Assembly (NCBI GenBank): GCA_037447605.1
Contig: CM074804.1
Span: 6,239,909-6,303,908, forward strand
Direction: 5' to 3'
From: Zygnema circumcarinatum SAG 698-1b
Taxonomy: Eukaryota > Plantae > Zygnematophyceae
DNA: 64,000 nucleotides
Positions within the stretch are counted from its first letter, which is position 1. Every line of letters starts with the position of its first letter. The translations under genes were made by a program, and so were the position numbers. Under the pieces are notes generated by a model, which was not told where the DNA came from, did no database searches, and saw nothing but the letters and a program-made list of their open reading frames with translations. Of the stretch, positions 47,301 to 59,515 are shown one piece after another.

Positions 47301-50300
47301 AAGATGGCTCTCTACAAGCCGGTGAGTTGTGCCCTCAATGTGCCCGGAACACGCCCTTGACCAAATTTCTGGCTGGTACGACATGTGGGTGCTTCTAACT
47401 GAAAACGGCGCGATGTGCTTTTGGAATCTCTGAGATGTGCGTAGAGCTTTACGCGTTGGTGAATGCCCGGCCGAGTGACACATGGCACGTGTGGTGAGGT
47501 CAATGGCAGGTCGTTCAGAAGGTGTACGAGGAGTGCTTGGCGGCAGCAAAATGCGAAGCTGAGAATGTGCAGTGGAACCACAGGGGTGAATCCGACGAGC
47601 TCAGGAGACAGTTGATGGATGTGAAGGAGGGGATCGTTCTCAAATTCGACGACCAGACGAAGAATGTCCCAGAAGAGTTGAGGTAACTCCTATGTGCACA
47701 CACCATGATGCTTGTACACCGTTGTAATGGTCGACGAAAATGAGGGGCGACGTCCCAAAAGAGGGACAGGAACTTGGTGCAATCCATTGTTTCACAAGGC
47801 AATAAGAAGAACAAGAAATGCGATGTAAAGAGTGACTCTTCCTGAAATTTCTTGGAAGTGATGGAGTCTGCCAAGCATTGAATCCACTGGAAGTTATAGA
47901 AATGGAAGAGAAACATCCGGGACTGGGAAAGCAATGATCGATGGCTCTGTGTGCGCCATGCAGGGTCGACATGAAGGATAAGCTGCAGAATGCTCTCGAC
48001 GTGCTCGACCTGTCCCTATCCTCACCCACGAGTTCCTCGCCCCTACCTAGGAGTGTTCCCACGTGAGTTTTCAGTTTCTTTGGCTATTGCTCTGCCTCTC
48101 CTACATGTGATGAAAGCAAAAGCAATGATTCAATTGCATTTTGTTTCGTGCAGAACCAACAGCTCGCCTTCTAGAGGAAGTCCAGGGAGGAGTCTCCCAG
48201 AGGAGAGTATATATTCCTTTGAGGAGGTGGTGGTGTTCACCGACAACTTCTCTAAAGCGAACCTTCTGGGCAAGGGCGGCTTTGGAGCAGTGTACAAAGG
48301 GATGCTCTACGGCACGCCTGTGGCGGTAAAGCGGCTGCATGAGGGGGGCAATGTGAGCGAATTTGAGTTTGAAGTGAGCGTCCTGCGAAGGATCCGTCAT
48401 CCGCACATTGTGATGCTCATCGGGTGCAACCCCGAGTCCATGTGCATTGTCAGCGAGTTCTTGGCGGGCGGCAGTCTCGACGATCGGCTCAAGGGGGCGG
48501 CCTGCTTCCCGCCGCTCGGCTGGGTGGACCGCCTCCGGATATGTGCGGAAATGGCTTCCGCACTGCTCTACCTGCACAGGAACGGCATCCTGCACCGCGA
48601 CTTGAAGCCGGCCAACGTGCTGCTCGACCAGAACAACAGCTGCAAGCTCGTGGACATGGGCCTTGCGAAGCTATTTCAGGATACCACCACTATCATGTCT
48701 CAGCCAAAGGGCACATTCGGGTAAGCCACCACAGAGCACGCTCATGGTCCTCCAAGCCCGCCTAACGGCCCCATCCCCTGACTAACGTTCCCATACTCTA
48801 ATCTGCAGATACATCGACCCCTTCCAGCTGCAAACCGGCCAGCTCTCCCGCTCCTCCGACGTATACGCTTTGGGTCTGATCATCCTGCAGCTCCTGACCG
48901 GCCATCGGCGCATCCAGGCCGTCCATCAGGTCCTGGAGGCGTGCGGGCCGGCCGCCCCGCGCCGTGACCTGGAGGTCGCGAGCGAGGTGTTCCTGCAGCG
49001 GCTGGACCCCTCCGCGGGGCGGTGGGGTCATGACCAGGCGCGGGCGGTCCTGCGGGTCGCGCTGCAGTGCGTGGAGCGGAGCAAGGGGGCGCGCCCGGAC
49101 CTGCAGGCGGAGGTGCAGCCCGCGCTCTTCCACGCGGCGGAGGGGGCCAAGGCGGCCGCCGCGCTGCTGCAGGGGAGGGCCAAGGCGGCCATGCCGAGAG
49201 GGGACGGATTTTCGGGCAGAGGGCAGGCTGATGAGGTGCAGCCCTTGCAAGGACTCGCGCACAGGGCGGGAGGGAGGAAGTTGGCGAAGACTCAGAGTGA
49301 TGGTGCAGCTGCGGCAGTAGAGAGGAATGAGGTCCCGAACAGTACTAGATGGGCCTCGCCTATGAAGGTTCGGAAACTTTTGCCTGACACGCAGCACGTT
49401 TGTCTTGCGGGTGGTGTTTCTTTGTACCGCATACGTTGCCTTTTTTTGAGGTGTGAAGGTGACACTTCACCTCACCGTCTTTTGTGTGTGACTTGGTGGC
49501 GGTGACAGACTGAGCATACAGCGCAAAAGCATAGCCGTAGCGGCCCTCAGCAGTTGTATTCATCCTCGGACTCGCGGCCCATTCCCTGCTACGATGCGTC
49601 CTTGTCGCTGTCGTCATCGACAGCGTCAGGCAGCTTCAGCTCGGACCTGGCGCAGGCCCCACCTCCTGTGAGCCTGCACTCCCAGTAGACTGCAGGAAGA
49701 TGTCGCTGCTTGTAGCTCTACTGCTCAGCTCCCATATGGAATGACTGTAAACAATAGAATGTGGTGGGAAAACGGGGAAGGAAGGACAAATATGTTTCGC
49801 TGATGCATTGTTTGAATCCCAGGTTTTCTTCACCCCTTTGTTGGCTGCTCGGCAGTGATCCTCCATGTCAAAAGGGACCGGTGGCCTAACCTCTTGGCGG
49901 AGACTGTGTGACAGAATGAAGCTTGGATCTCAAATCGCGAAAGGACTGCGAAGGCGGGAAGTTCTGAACTAGACGACGAAGGAGAGCAACAGTCACCGGA
50001 TGCAGTGGTGGGTTCTCCTGCTAGCTCACTCGACTGATATGCTGGAGATGGACTAGACAGGGATGAGGGAGAAGCCAAGGGCATGCTTTAGGGAAGCAAG
50101 GTCAGCATGTGAACAGGGGGTGCAGATTGGGCGAGAGAGCGCTCTTTGTTGGTCGCGGGACTAACTGGACTGTGTTCAACAAGCTAGTAAAAATAGCTTC
50201 TGCATTGCTAAGGACGAGCTGACATGGTGACGAGGGGGGTAAAAAGGGCAAATCAACAGCATGATCGTCGGTTACTTGATAAGTGCACTTCAATGTATTT

Positions 50301-52374
50301 GTATAACAGTAGGATTTGTAGGGAGAAAACACTTGGCCTGTGACTTCGTCACCCAAACGATCGCCAGCCTACCGCCCCATCACGCAACGCCACGGCACCG
50401 AATTGAGCACGAAACGAATTTATTCGTTGGTCAGTTTAGTTGATGTCAAATTCCAAAGGTTCCCCTATCCTTGCAAACATTTGTTAGGAAAATTTGTTCA
50501 TTCTGCCTTCCGATTCTGTCCTGCATGTGCAGGCAGTTCTTGAGGAAGTGCAGGTGCTGCGGAAGCATGCACGGAAGCAGCACGCACGCAGAGAGCACCT
50601 CAAAGCGCTCGACACGTTCGCCCTCGCCTTGGACCGTCTGCCCGCAGGACACCCCATGCGGGCGGACCTGCACAGGTGAACCCCACCCACATCTCAATGT
50701 GCATCATGAGCCTTGTACGCAAGGTTAGTTAGAGGCTCATTCATATATTGATTGATAATAGCATTCACAACCCTTGAACGAGTCTGACAAGTGCGGCGCG
50801 GGCGGGTGTGCGCAGCTGCCGGGCGGAGTGCGTGTTGGACGTGGCCCCCCTGCAGTACAGCGGCGCGGCGGTGGAGGTCGTCAAGGAGTGCACGCAGGCC
50901 CTCGCGGCGGCCCCGCCCCACGCGTGGGCGCTCATCTGCCGCGCGCACGCGTACGAGGCCCTCGGGAACTGGCGACTCGCGGAGATGGACCTGGACACCC
51001 TGCTAAGGGTAAGAGGGGGGGAATGGAAAGGGGAGGGAGGGAGGGAGGAGGGGGAGGGAGGAGGGGGAGGGAGGGAGGCGCGGGCTTCTGACAAAAAACT
51101 GGTCTTTGAAATGGGTGCAGATTGATCCCAACAATAGCAGGGCCTTGGAGCTTCGACGCACTTTGCAGGCGGAGCGGTTGCGGGCAACAAACTCTGCACA
51201 GTTGCCCTCCTCAATGCTGGACGATGCAGACTCCCTTGCTGTTAGTGTGAGGCTCCATGCCCTACGTCCTCAACTCAACTTTCCTTCATATCTGTACATG
51301 GTTCAGAGAGCTTATCGAGGAAAGGTTTGGGGGGTATCAGGACATTGGAGGCGTTCACTTTGGTGATACTTGCCAGGGCTGTGGGGTGACACCTATCTGC
51401 GGTCTTCTCTTCAGATCATTCCGGTGAGCTCCAAACCGCATTGTTTGTGCAGCAGTGTACCTACCAGCTAGTGGGGGAAAAGGGTCACTTCATCGGTAGT
51501 AGTAAGGTTGTTGATGGAAGCGAGAGGTGACAGCGACAGCATGAAATGCCCCGCCGCCGCTGATGTGCCTTCATACTGAATGTACAAACGTGTTTGGGTA
51601 CTCCTGAGGGTGCAGGCGCCGGGATTTTCAGCTTTGCAGATCCTGCAGGCTCAAGTGGAGCTCTAAATCAGAGGAGTTTGAGGAGGTGGCACCACCAGTA
51701 AGTGGTTGAGCAAGTGTTGCTTCCTGTCTTTTCTCCACAGTGATGCAGCTTTCAAGGCAATCCCTGGACTAGCAGATTCAGGTCTGCAATCTCAAATGGT
51801 TGGCTCCTGCGGAGGGGGCTTTAGTCCTTATCAACCTAACCAAAGAAATTTCTTGCTATTCTCCCTTGAATCGCTGGACATGCAGGAGAACTCCAATGCT
51901 CTCTTCCTGTACTCCCTTGGCTACGGCCATGGTGCATGCATTATCCGCAACAAGCGGGACACCATTCGTCTCCTGCAGAAAGCCTCTCAGCGTGGTCACC
52001 CCTTGGCGAAGACAGCGCTTGGCCATGCCTATCGCCAGGGAGATGGCGTGGATCAGGACGATAATGCTGCTGCAAAGTGGCTGAGCTTGGGAGCCACCAT
52101 GCCAGACGAGCAGTATGAGCTCGGGCGGCTGTACAAGGAGGGCAAGACCGTGAGCAAGGACCTGCAAGAGGCGGTGCGCCTCCTCTCCCTGGCGGCTGTG
52201 CAGGGCCACGCGGGGGCCCGCATGGAGCTCGCGCAGTGCTACGCAGAGGGCCGCGGAGTGGCGCCCGACAGTGAGGAGGCCGCGCGGCTCTTCCGCCTGG
52301 CGGCAGTTGCAGCAGAGGCCGACCATATGAAAGCGCAGCTCAAGCTGGGGACATCTGTGGCGGGAAAAAAGTGA
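44360..52374 (+). CDS. Multidomain RING finger - TRAF-type zinc fingers - coiled coil - RLK/Pelle (RLCK-IX-like) Ser/Thr kinase - TPR - Sel1-like repeat protein. The RING-to-kinase part is well supported; the TPR/Sel1 joins are less certain, and the gene may extend to ~52835.
   Basis: Phase-consistent exons: 44360-44454, 46045-46123 (CPLCKQ), 46290-46336 (CGDVFC), 46430-46496 (RDC...CPIC), TRAF fingers 46585-47320 (GCPVVVAYSDYHAHLQ-KCSY; CAYQDMGC...KAHCAAC; CECG...EEHRKVC; CPHSQFGC...EEHLKIC), coiled coil 47510-47682, kinase 48154-49130 (LGKGGFGAVYKG, VAVK, HRDLKPANVLLD, DMG, GTFGYIDP, SDVYALG, RPDL), TPR 50531-51200 and Sel1 51740-52374. Confidence 0.75.
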
Positions 52375-54085
52375 GTTCATATAAATGGCGGCTGGCACTT
52401 CAATCCAGTGAGGCTGTGGCTCCTGCTGTCCCGCGAGTCAGAGAATTCTGAATTTATCTTATGAGGCTGCTTCTATGTGGATAAGCAGCCTCCTCCCAGG
52501 TTTTCAATGAAGCACTCTAGCAGCACGATGCAGGAGGGCAGTGTCTTCTTGACGACCTGTATGCTTTGGAAAAGTCCAGCCAGCATAGGTGAGCGTACTG
52601 TCGGGACTGCCGAGAGGCTCCGCACGTTCGGGACCTGCTGAATGAGGATGTTCAACATGGCTATTCTTTTGCAGCCCTGATTTGGGCAGTAGATGTACAC
52701 TATTGTAGGCGGGCAAATGGCCGGCAGGAAATGCTTAGCGATTTCAGCATGTTGGATAGAGACCATCCTCATTCGGTTAGGGACTTAATTCAAAGGATTA
52801 AAGGTGTACAACTGGCGTCGCATTCTTTTTGTATGATGCAATAAAAAATTGTTTCACTTTATTTGCAATGTTTCAGTAGGAGCTTGTTGTTTCAATTCGG
52901 GTTCGGGTTTGTAAAATGGAAGGTGAGCCGATATCGCTGCCGGTGAGCCTATACTTCAGTAAGTAGTTTTTGGCTCTGCCAGCGTTTGCTTGCTGTCTGA
53001 GCGTGCCAGCGACCAGAATTCTTTCCAGGCGAGTGAACGCCCTCATAGCATGTTTTCTATACCAGCTTTGATTTCTCAGAGCTCTTGAATGGTGGCTCAG
53101 TAGTTCAGTCTCTCTCGCTTTCAGTTGACAAAACTTAACAACGAATGGACAGCAGGACCGAAAGAGAAGCGATCGGCTGAAAACCCATCAATGATGAGAC
53201 AATGGTCACGAAGTTAAAGATGAGTGAAATGAATGACAGATACGCTCGAGTTGCCGTCACCTCTTAATCAGCGATGATCAGTCTCCACACCTCCCGTATA
53301 CTCCACATGTAACACAAAATTCCGCGCGGGCTGCGAGTAAGCAAATCCGAGGACAATGCGCAGGACTGCGTCATTCCAATGCAAGCGCATCGGCAACCGT
53401 TGGCCGCTACCGTTAATGGCAATTGTCATCAGACAAAGAGTGCTTTAACCTTTACAAAAGTGTGTCGGGCCAACTGGTTCAGGACTGGTCGGTGTTCACA
53501 CGCTGCCAGTTGCGCACGCAGTCGTTGGAAGTACGGGGGATTCTCACACACAGGAAAGCCCGCTCACGGAACCAGGAAAGGCCGCTCACGGAACCACGAA
53601 AACAGGGAGGCACTCGAAGGCATTCGCCACATCGGAGACATGAAGCCCATCCTCTGCGAGTCACTGACATGACCATGCCAACTCTCCATGTGGAAACTGC
53701 AGACTAACATAAGAATTACACATCGTTTACATGATTTTTGGATTTTTTTTCTGTAACTTCAATTTTGGTTCACGCAGACTCGAGGACCTGGTCCTGCTTG
53801 CGAGCTGCACAGTCTTCAGGCGACGTGAATGACACGCCCGCTGGAGCAGCGGATTTCTTCACAGGTTGCATACGGGGAAAACGGCACTTCTGAAAGCCCC
53901 GCAGGCCGTTGGCCGAACCCAGGCGGCCCACCAAAACCTTACCTCACCACCTCTCCAAAAGCTCAGCTTCAATATGGAGGATGCCCCGCACGACTCACGG
54001 TGAACTGTGGCGGACGGGTATCCACCGAATCTCCACATTCTCAAAACTGGATCCAAACTCCTTAATTCACAGCAGGTCCAATACT

Positions 54086-57000
54086 TTACTTTGAAGGTGC
54101 AGGCTGCACCAAGGGGTCAGCACCCTCTGCGCCTCCATCTGTGGTGGACAATGGAGCACCTCCTGCTCCATTGGTGGAAGCGGGGAGAGTAGTAGGAGCG
54201 ACAGAAGCAGGGAGGAGGACTTGGCCATCTGCCACCGGCATGTAGCGCCCCTCAATGAAACCCTGCTCGTTCAGGACACTCACAAAGCGATAGGCGACCT
54301 GCACAGCAAGATGTCACTAGTCAGCAACTAATCGTCTCTCCAGTGAACTTCAGCCATTTGACTGCAGGACTTTTCTCCAACTCAGCAAGTCCTTTTGTCA
54401 AAACCTAGAAGCTGCGTAGGCCTAAGACAATACAAACAAGTAAAGCATGATCTGTCTGCCTCACTAGTCGTCAGACTTGCGTACCATGTCTACTTCCTTG
54501 CCCCACTTCTGGTACTAAAAGCTTTTAATATTATCTGAAGCGGAAGTTACCCTATGTCATCAAGCTAGGTAAGTGACTATTACTGAATTCGCCACGCCAC
54601 AATGCATTCCAGTTGAACTCTACTCAGTAGCTTCCAGCCTCAAGCAGAGTTTTCCTCAATACAAGAATAGTCGATGCAGTGCTCTTTCTATATGCGGACG
54701 CTGAATGCCTCTGCATTAACTTCCTGAATTGACAGCATTCCCTTCTCAGTTGATGTTTATACGACCGGAGCACATGACACTGCAGGCAGTTGGCGCCACA
54801 CAAAGCAGAGGATACAGAGGATATGCATCCTCGGTTGTATACCGGCGTCTAAAATCAGCTGAAAACGATACGTGTATCGGCTCACGCCGTACAGCAAATA
54901 TGGACCCATGAGGGAAAGAGCTGACGAGGAGATGGATCCGCGAGTAGGCAGCAAGTGGTGAGAGAGGGAGAGGTGGCGCCTCACCTCCTTCTGGGACTTC
55001 GTCTGACCCGCCAGCGCAGAGGAGACGGCAGACAGCTTTCCCTTGTCCAGCTTATCCTTGAAGTCCTCCTCCGCCATGGGGGCGAACTGGCTGTTCAGAG
55101 AGCGGGCAGCACCCAACCAAGCGATGACGATAAAAAGCAGAATAATTCCAAGGTAGGGAGTGGACGAAGCCAGGGAACCAAATCCGAAAATGAGGAACTG
55201 TTGAATTAGGGCACCCCCGGATTTGCCGAGAGGATTGCAGACAACGTCAATGGCTGCCTTGCCTTTCACCTGCACATGGACTCTTCAACGCCCTTGTTAG
55301 ACCACGGTAAATGAACATCACTGTAAAAATAACTTGTTTGTTTTTGTCACTCTCTTACCAACTGTTAACCACTTCTCTTTCAATAAGCACAAATGTCAAG
55401 CACCGCACGACCTTTATTGAAAGTTCTTGTCAGCATAATGCCCTGATGCATGCTTCACTCCTGCATCTGGTTTCATGGCAATGCTTTGAGAATGTACGTT
55501 GCTTCCTACCGTATTAATCAAGAAGCAGTCTCTTAAACCCAGTTTAAAATTGTGAGCGAATAAAACTTTAAAGATCTTCGTTTTGTACTGCAAACAACAG
55601 ATCTTTCCACGCACTGAAGCCCTAATCCGACCGAAGTCCTACCCTTACATTCTTACGACTGTGCACATGCATAGTTCTGTTGATTTCAGCATAGCATTAG
55701 CGCAAAAAAACCCAAAAAGCTGAAAAAAAAAACTGCAATCTCATCTCGTTAAACTTACCACGTTCCTAAAAAAAGAAAAAGTCAATGCCAATTTCCGCAG
55801 TGACATGATCTGCATCACGAGGTTTCAAGCATACGTATACGCTGCTCAGAGGTACTAACCTTGGTTTCTTCATCCAGAGGGATGTACGCCATCTCCTTGC
55901 AAGGATCAAACAAACTGTACTTTGCACTCTTGCTGAAAATATTTTGAGCGGCACCGACATAGACGGCTGCCAACAGTGGCGTCAAGCCAAGACCAGCGAG
56001 TAAAGGCGTGAGGGGTGTGCTGAACAGCACAAGTGCGAAAAAAGCAACTCCCGTCAACAGCAAAACAGTGGGAGTGATCTGTGCAGCAACTCCCCATCCA
56101 AAGCGACGGAAGATAACGCGGCTGAGCAACATCATGCCAAATGTGACCACTCCTGTATACGTGGAGAAATCTCCCATGAATGCTGAGTAATCGTTAGGGT
56201 TCGGGAACTGCACCCAAAAGGCCATCAAAAATTTAGGAAACTAAAAGATGTTCAGCTATCCAGAGAGCTGAAGAATGAAGAGACGGTAGCTAGAAGCCGA
56301 GGAATAACTCCAAGCAACAAACAAATCACCAGACTGGAGGGAGCTGTTTGGCGAAAAGACATACCTGGGCTTTGATTTTGCTTTTCCAGGTCACCTCCAC
56401 AAGATTAATGCTGATTCCGTACGCAACCACAATGGTGGCCAAATCACGAATATAGCGCGACTTCAAGAGGAAGCCAAAGCTCTCATTCATTCCCATTTTT
56501 GGTTTGTCCTTCTGCCAGCCAAGTGCCCCAGCTGTCACACGAACACCTTACCAAAAACTGCCCAGCAGGGAGACTATCAATGCTTTAGTTGGAGAGCTAA
56601 ATCTGAAAGATGTTTTGGAAGGCAACGCACAATTTCATGTTCGAGCCTGCAAACTTTGAAAGTTTATAAAAATTGTAAGAGAAGTTCAGGCAGCTTAACG
56701 GGGGAGTACCAAAACGGGTTGGTTACACAATATTAAAGATTTTCGATTTCACGGAATGTTAAAAACTCGTCAAAAGAAATTGTAGTGCAGTGCAAGAAAC
56801 GCCCACTTTCAAACCAAACAAATGTCAGATCATGCCTGATTCAGTGTAATAAATGAAGCAATCCAGCAATTATTCCAACCAGGTTCATCAATACCTTCTT
56901 CTTCTTTTCAGCCTTAGGAAGGCTTGGATCGTTCACAACGAACTTGTCGACCCACCAATAGATCGCGCAAATGACAAATCCGAGTCCCACGACCAGGGAC

Positions 57001-58093
57001 ATCATGCCCCGCAGAGAGAAACCCCAGCCATCCACGCCGGGAGGCAGCTGACCGCGCAGCTGAGAGAAATACTTAACAGTGCGACCGGAAAAGATAAGGG
57101 CTACATTTGCACCAAGTCCGAACAGCGGATAAAACTGCTTCGCCTCATCGACTGTTGTGATCTGCACGATCGAACGCACGCACGTCAACACCATTCTGCA
57201 GAGTTTGACATAACTTCATTAAAACTGCTTCACTCAAAAAGGTCCAAAAGAAGCCTTGGCAGCACACCTGACTGCAAAGAACTGACCTGGTTCGCGAAGC
57301 CCCAAAAGAGGACTGAGACGACAACGCTGCCCCAAAGCTCCGCCATCACGTAGAAGAGACAGAAGGTCCAGTTTCGCAAGATAGAGATAGGGCCCATAAA
57401 CCGTGGCCCCAGCACGTTCAGCAGCTTATCAGCGTACACTGTTGGGTGGAGCACGTCCCTCAGAGGGTAAAATACAAACGCGAAAGACCCAAAAAAGGCA
57501 ATGAAGGGAAGTATGCACGAATAGAATAAAGCAGGCTTAGAAAGGACGTTTGCTAGCTTGGCGTATATTATCATGAAGCCCACGGCCATGGGAAGGTTCA
57601 CCCATGTCTTCAAAAAGGGAATGATTTCCGCTCCACTCCCTGGCGCAGTCACCACCAGTACGTCCTTTGTGTCTCTCAAAATGGTGTAGTTGAAGAGAAT
57701 GCAGAAGAACATTAAACCAAGGGGAATTACTTTCTTAATAGTGGCCACTTCCACGCCCAAAAACATCTTAGGCGGTGCGGGAATGATCTGCTCTCCGGGA
57801 AGATCGCTGCCCGCTGCTGATGCAACGGCTCGCACTGCCAGAGGTGCGTGCCTGCGCCTTGCAGGGCCATTCCGACTGCTCGCCTCAAACTGATCGACCT
57901 TGGAAATGAAAGCGCTCTCAGCGCTCCGGACCGCATTGCTTCCTTTCCCCTTCTGCTCCACCCTTGCCCCTCGCCCAGCGAGGCTGCTCTGCACAGACAC
58001 TCTCCTTCCAGCCCGCGCATTTTTCGCCTGGCCCTGCGCAGCCGGCAACCACACCGCTGCGGGCGACACAAGAGTGCCCACGAGAGCTTCCAT
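54086..58093 (-). CDS. NTT1: Plastidic ATP/ADP transporter (NTT / AATP, TLC family)
   Basis: Transit peptide followed by [109 protein letters not shown] and KGKAAIDVVCNPLGKSGGALIQQ. The last exon (54086-54298) is less certain. Confidence 0.96.
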
Positions 58094-58195
58094 GGCGGCC
58101 TACGCGATGGCGGTAACAGCAGCAGCAGCGGCAGCAGCCAGACGGGGCCACGCGCTGAGGGACTCGAGGGCTGAGCTAGAGAGAGGGGGATTGGT

Positions 58196-58249
58196 CTGCA
58201 CGAGCAACTTTGCCTGCACGAGCAACTTTGCCTGCACGAGCACCTTTGC
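58196..58249. repeat. 18-bp tandem repeat x3 (CTGCACGAGCAACTTTGC)
   Basis: Three copies, the third with one substitution, about 100-150 bp upstream of the NTT ATG. Confidence 0.9.
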
Positions 58250-58351
58250 CTTCCCTCGGCCTCGGCCCCGGCCCGGGCCGCATCCGGAGGGGCGCAGTGC
58301 GGTACCGCTTCCGGCCGGAATCTCCTCCGCGTGGCAGCTGACGCAGGGGCG

Positions 58352-58803
58352 GCCACGTGGCGGCGCGAGGGGCAGTCCGGCCCGCGCGGGCCCATCCGCG
58401 GGCGCGTCCCGCCGTCCGATCATCGGCTGCCGCCGCCGATATTTGCGGAGAGGGGCTTGGGGCGCAGGGCCGCACGCGCAGCCGAGAGCCGCGATTGGCT
58501 AAAGGCGACGGCGCCGCATTTTGGGAAAGTGGCGACGGCCGTTGGGAGCGCGCCAACTGTTGGCTGGTTGGCCCCTCTTTTGAGCGCGGCTTGATGCAGA
58601 AAAAGGTTGCCGTACCCACACTATGACGCCTTGATGGCGTCATTAGGAATCCCATACTAGTTTGCGGTTTGCAGCCGCCAACTAGCTAACCGCTGTGCGC
58701 GCAAACTGTATGGCATGCAAGCCACGTGTCGCCCTCTGAAAGATCCGTCCGCAGCAGAAGTGGACAACAGGCCACGTGTCTGTATGTTAAAAAGCCACGT
58801 GGC
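58352..58803. promoter_or_regulatory. G-box cluster upstream of NTT
   Basis: GCCACGTGGC at 58352 and 58794, GCCACGTGTC at 58721 and 58771. Confidence 0.55.
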
Positions 58804-59515
58804 AAGCTCGCGGGGGCCTCGCAGAAACGCCCAATCACCTGTCGCCTGGCGAGCACGGCGGAACATGCTTCGTTCTGTTCTACATCGAAACGTTACGGTA
58901 AGTTCTGCAGCATAGAACCCGACCGGTTTGGCTCACGACCTTTGCCTCCCCTCTCGTCTGGTTGCACTCTCGCTGTGCCTTCTGCACGCATGTGACGATA
59001 GCTCTATTCGGCCAGGCCGGCCGCCGGCTGGCTGTTGGGGCCTCTTTACTTTGTTCGCGGATCTGACAAAAAGTAATAACTGGCTGCCTTCCCTTCAACC
59101 TTCTCCTGGAATCTTGAGACAAAGCGCCAGAAGAGCATGTGCTAAACAAACTTTCGAGTCTGGGTATGAGAGACGGAGTAACCGCGAGGTACGTCGGAGT
59201 AGAACTCACCACATGGCCACACGCGGGTCGGGAACCCACGGAACAGACAGTGAATGAACTGCACCTGACTTCGAACACGGCGGCCATCCCTGGAGCAGCT
59301 GTGCACAGAGGCTGAGCTGCACTATGCTTCCGGCAGTCAACTCAGAATGCGAGGAGTCTAACTGAGCTGACGCCGAGCATCACCTATCGTCCCTAGAGCC
59401 ACAGCATGATAAGAATGGGAATATATAGAACGAACGAACGAGGCGTCTTCTACAATGCGAAGAGAATCGCTTCCAAAACGGCTACTGGAAGTAGAAACAT
59501 AGTAAACAGATATAC

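Noticed and set aside
52473-53900. Protein-like minus-strand fragments (QGCKRIAMLN..., DGLHVSDVANAFE...)
   Set aside because: They could not be joined in phase or recognised. 52500-52835 is equally explained as further plus-strand exons or UTR of the Sel1-repeat gene.
57727-58655. Multiple long GC-rich ORFs on both strands upstream of NTT (similarly at 14079-14713, 28757-29834 and 63207-63716)
   Set aside because: Shadow ORFs typical of GC-rich promoter/first-exon regions with few stop codons.
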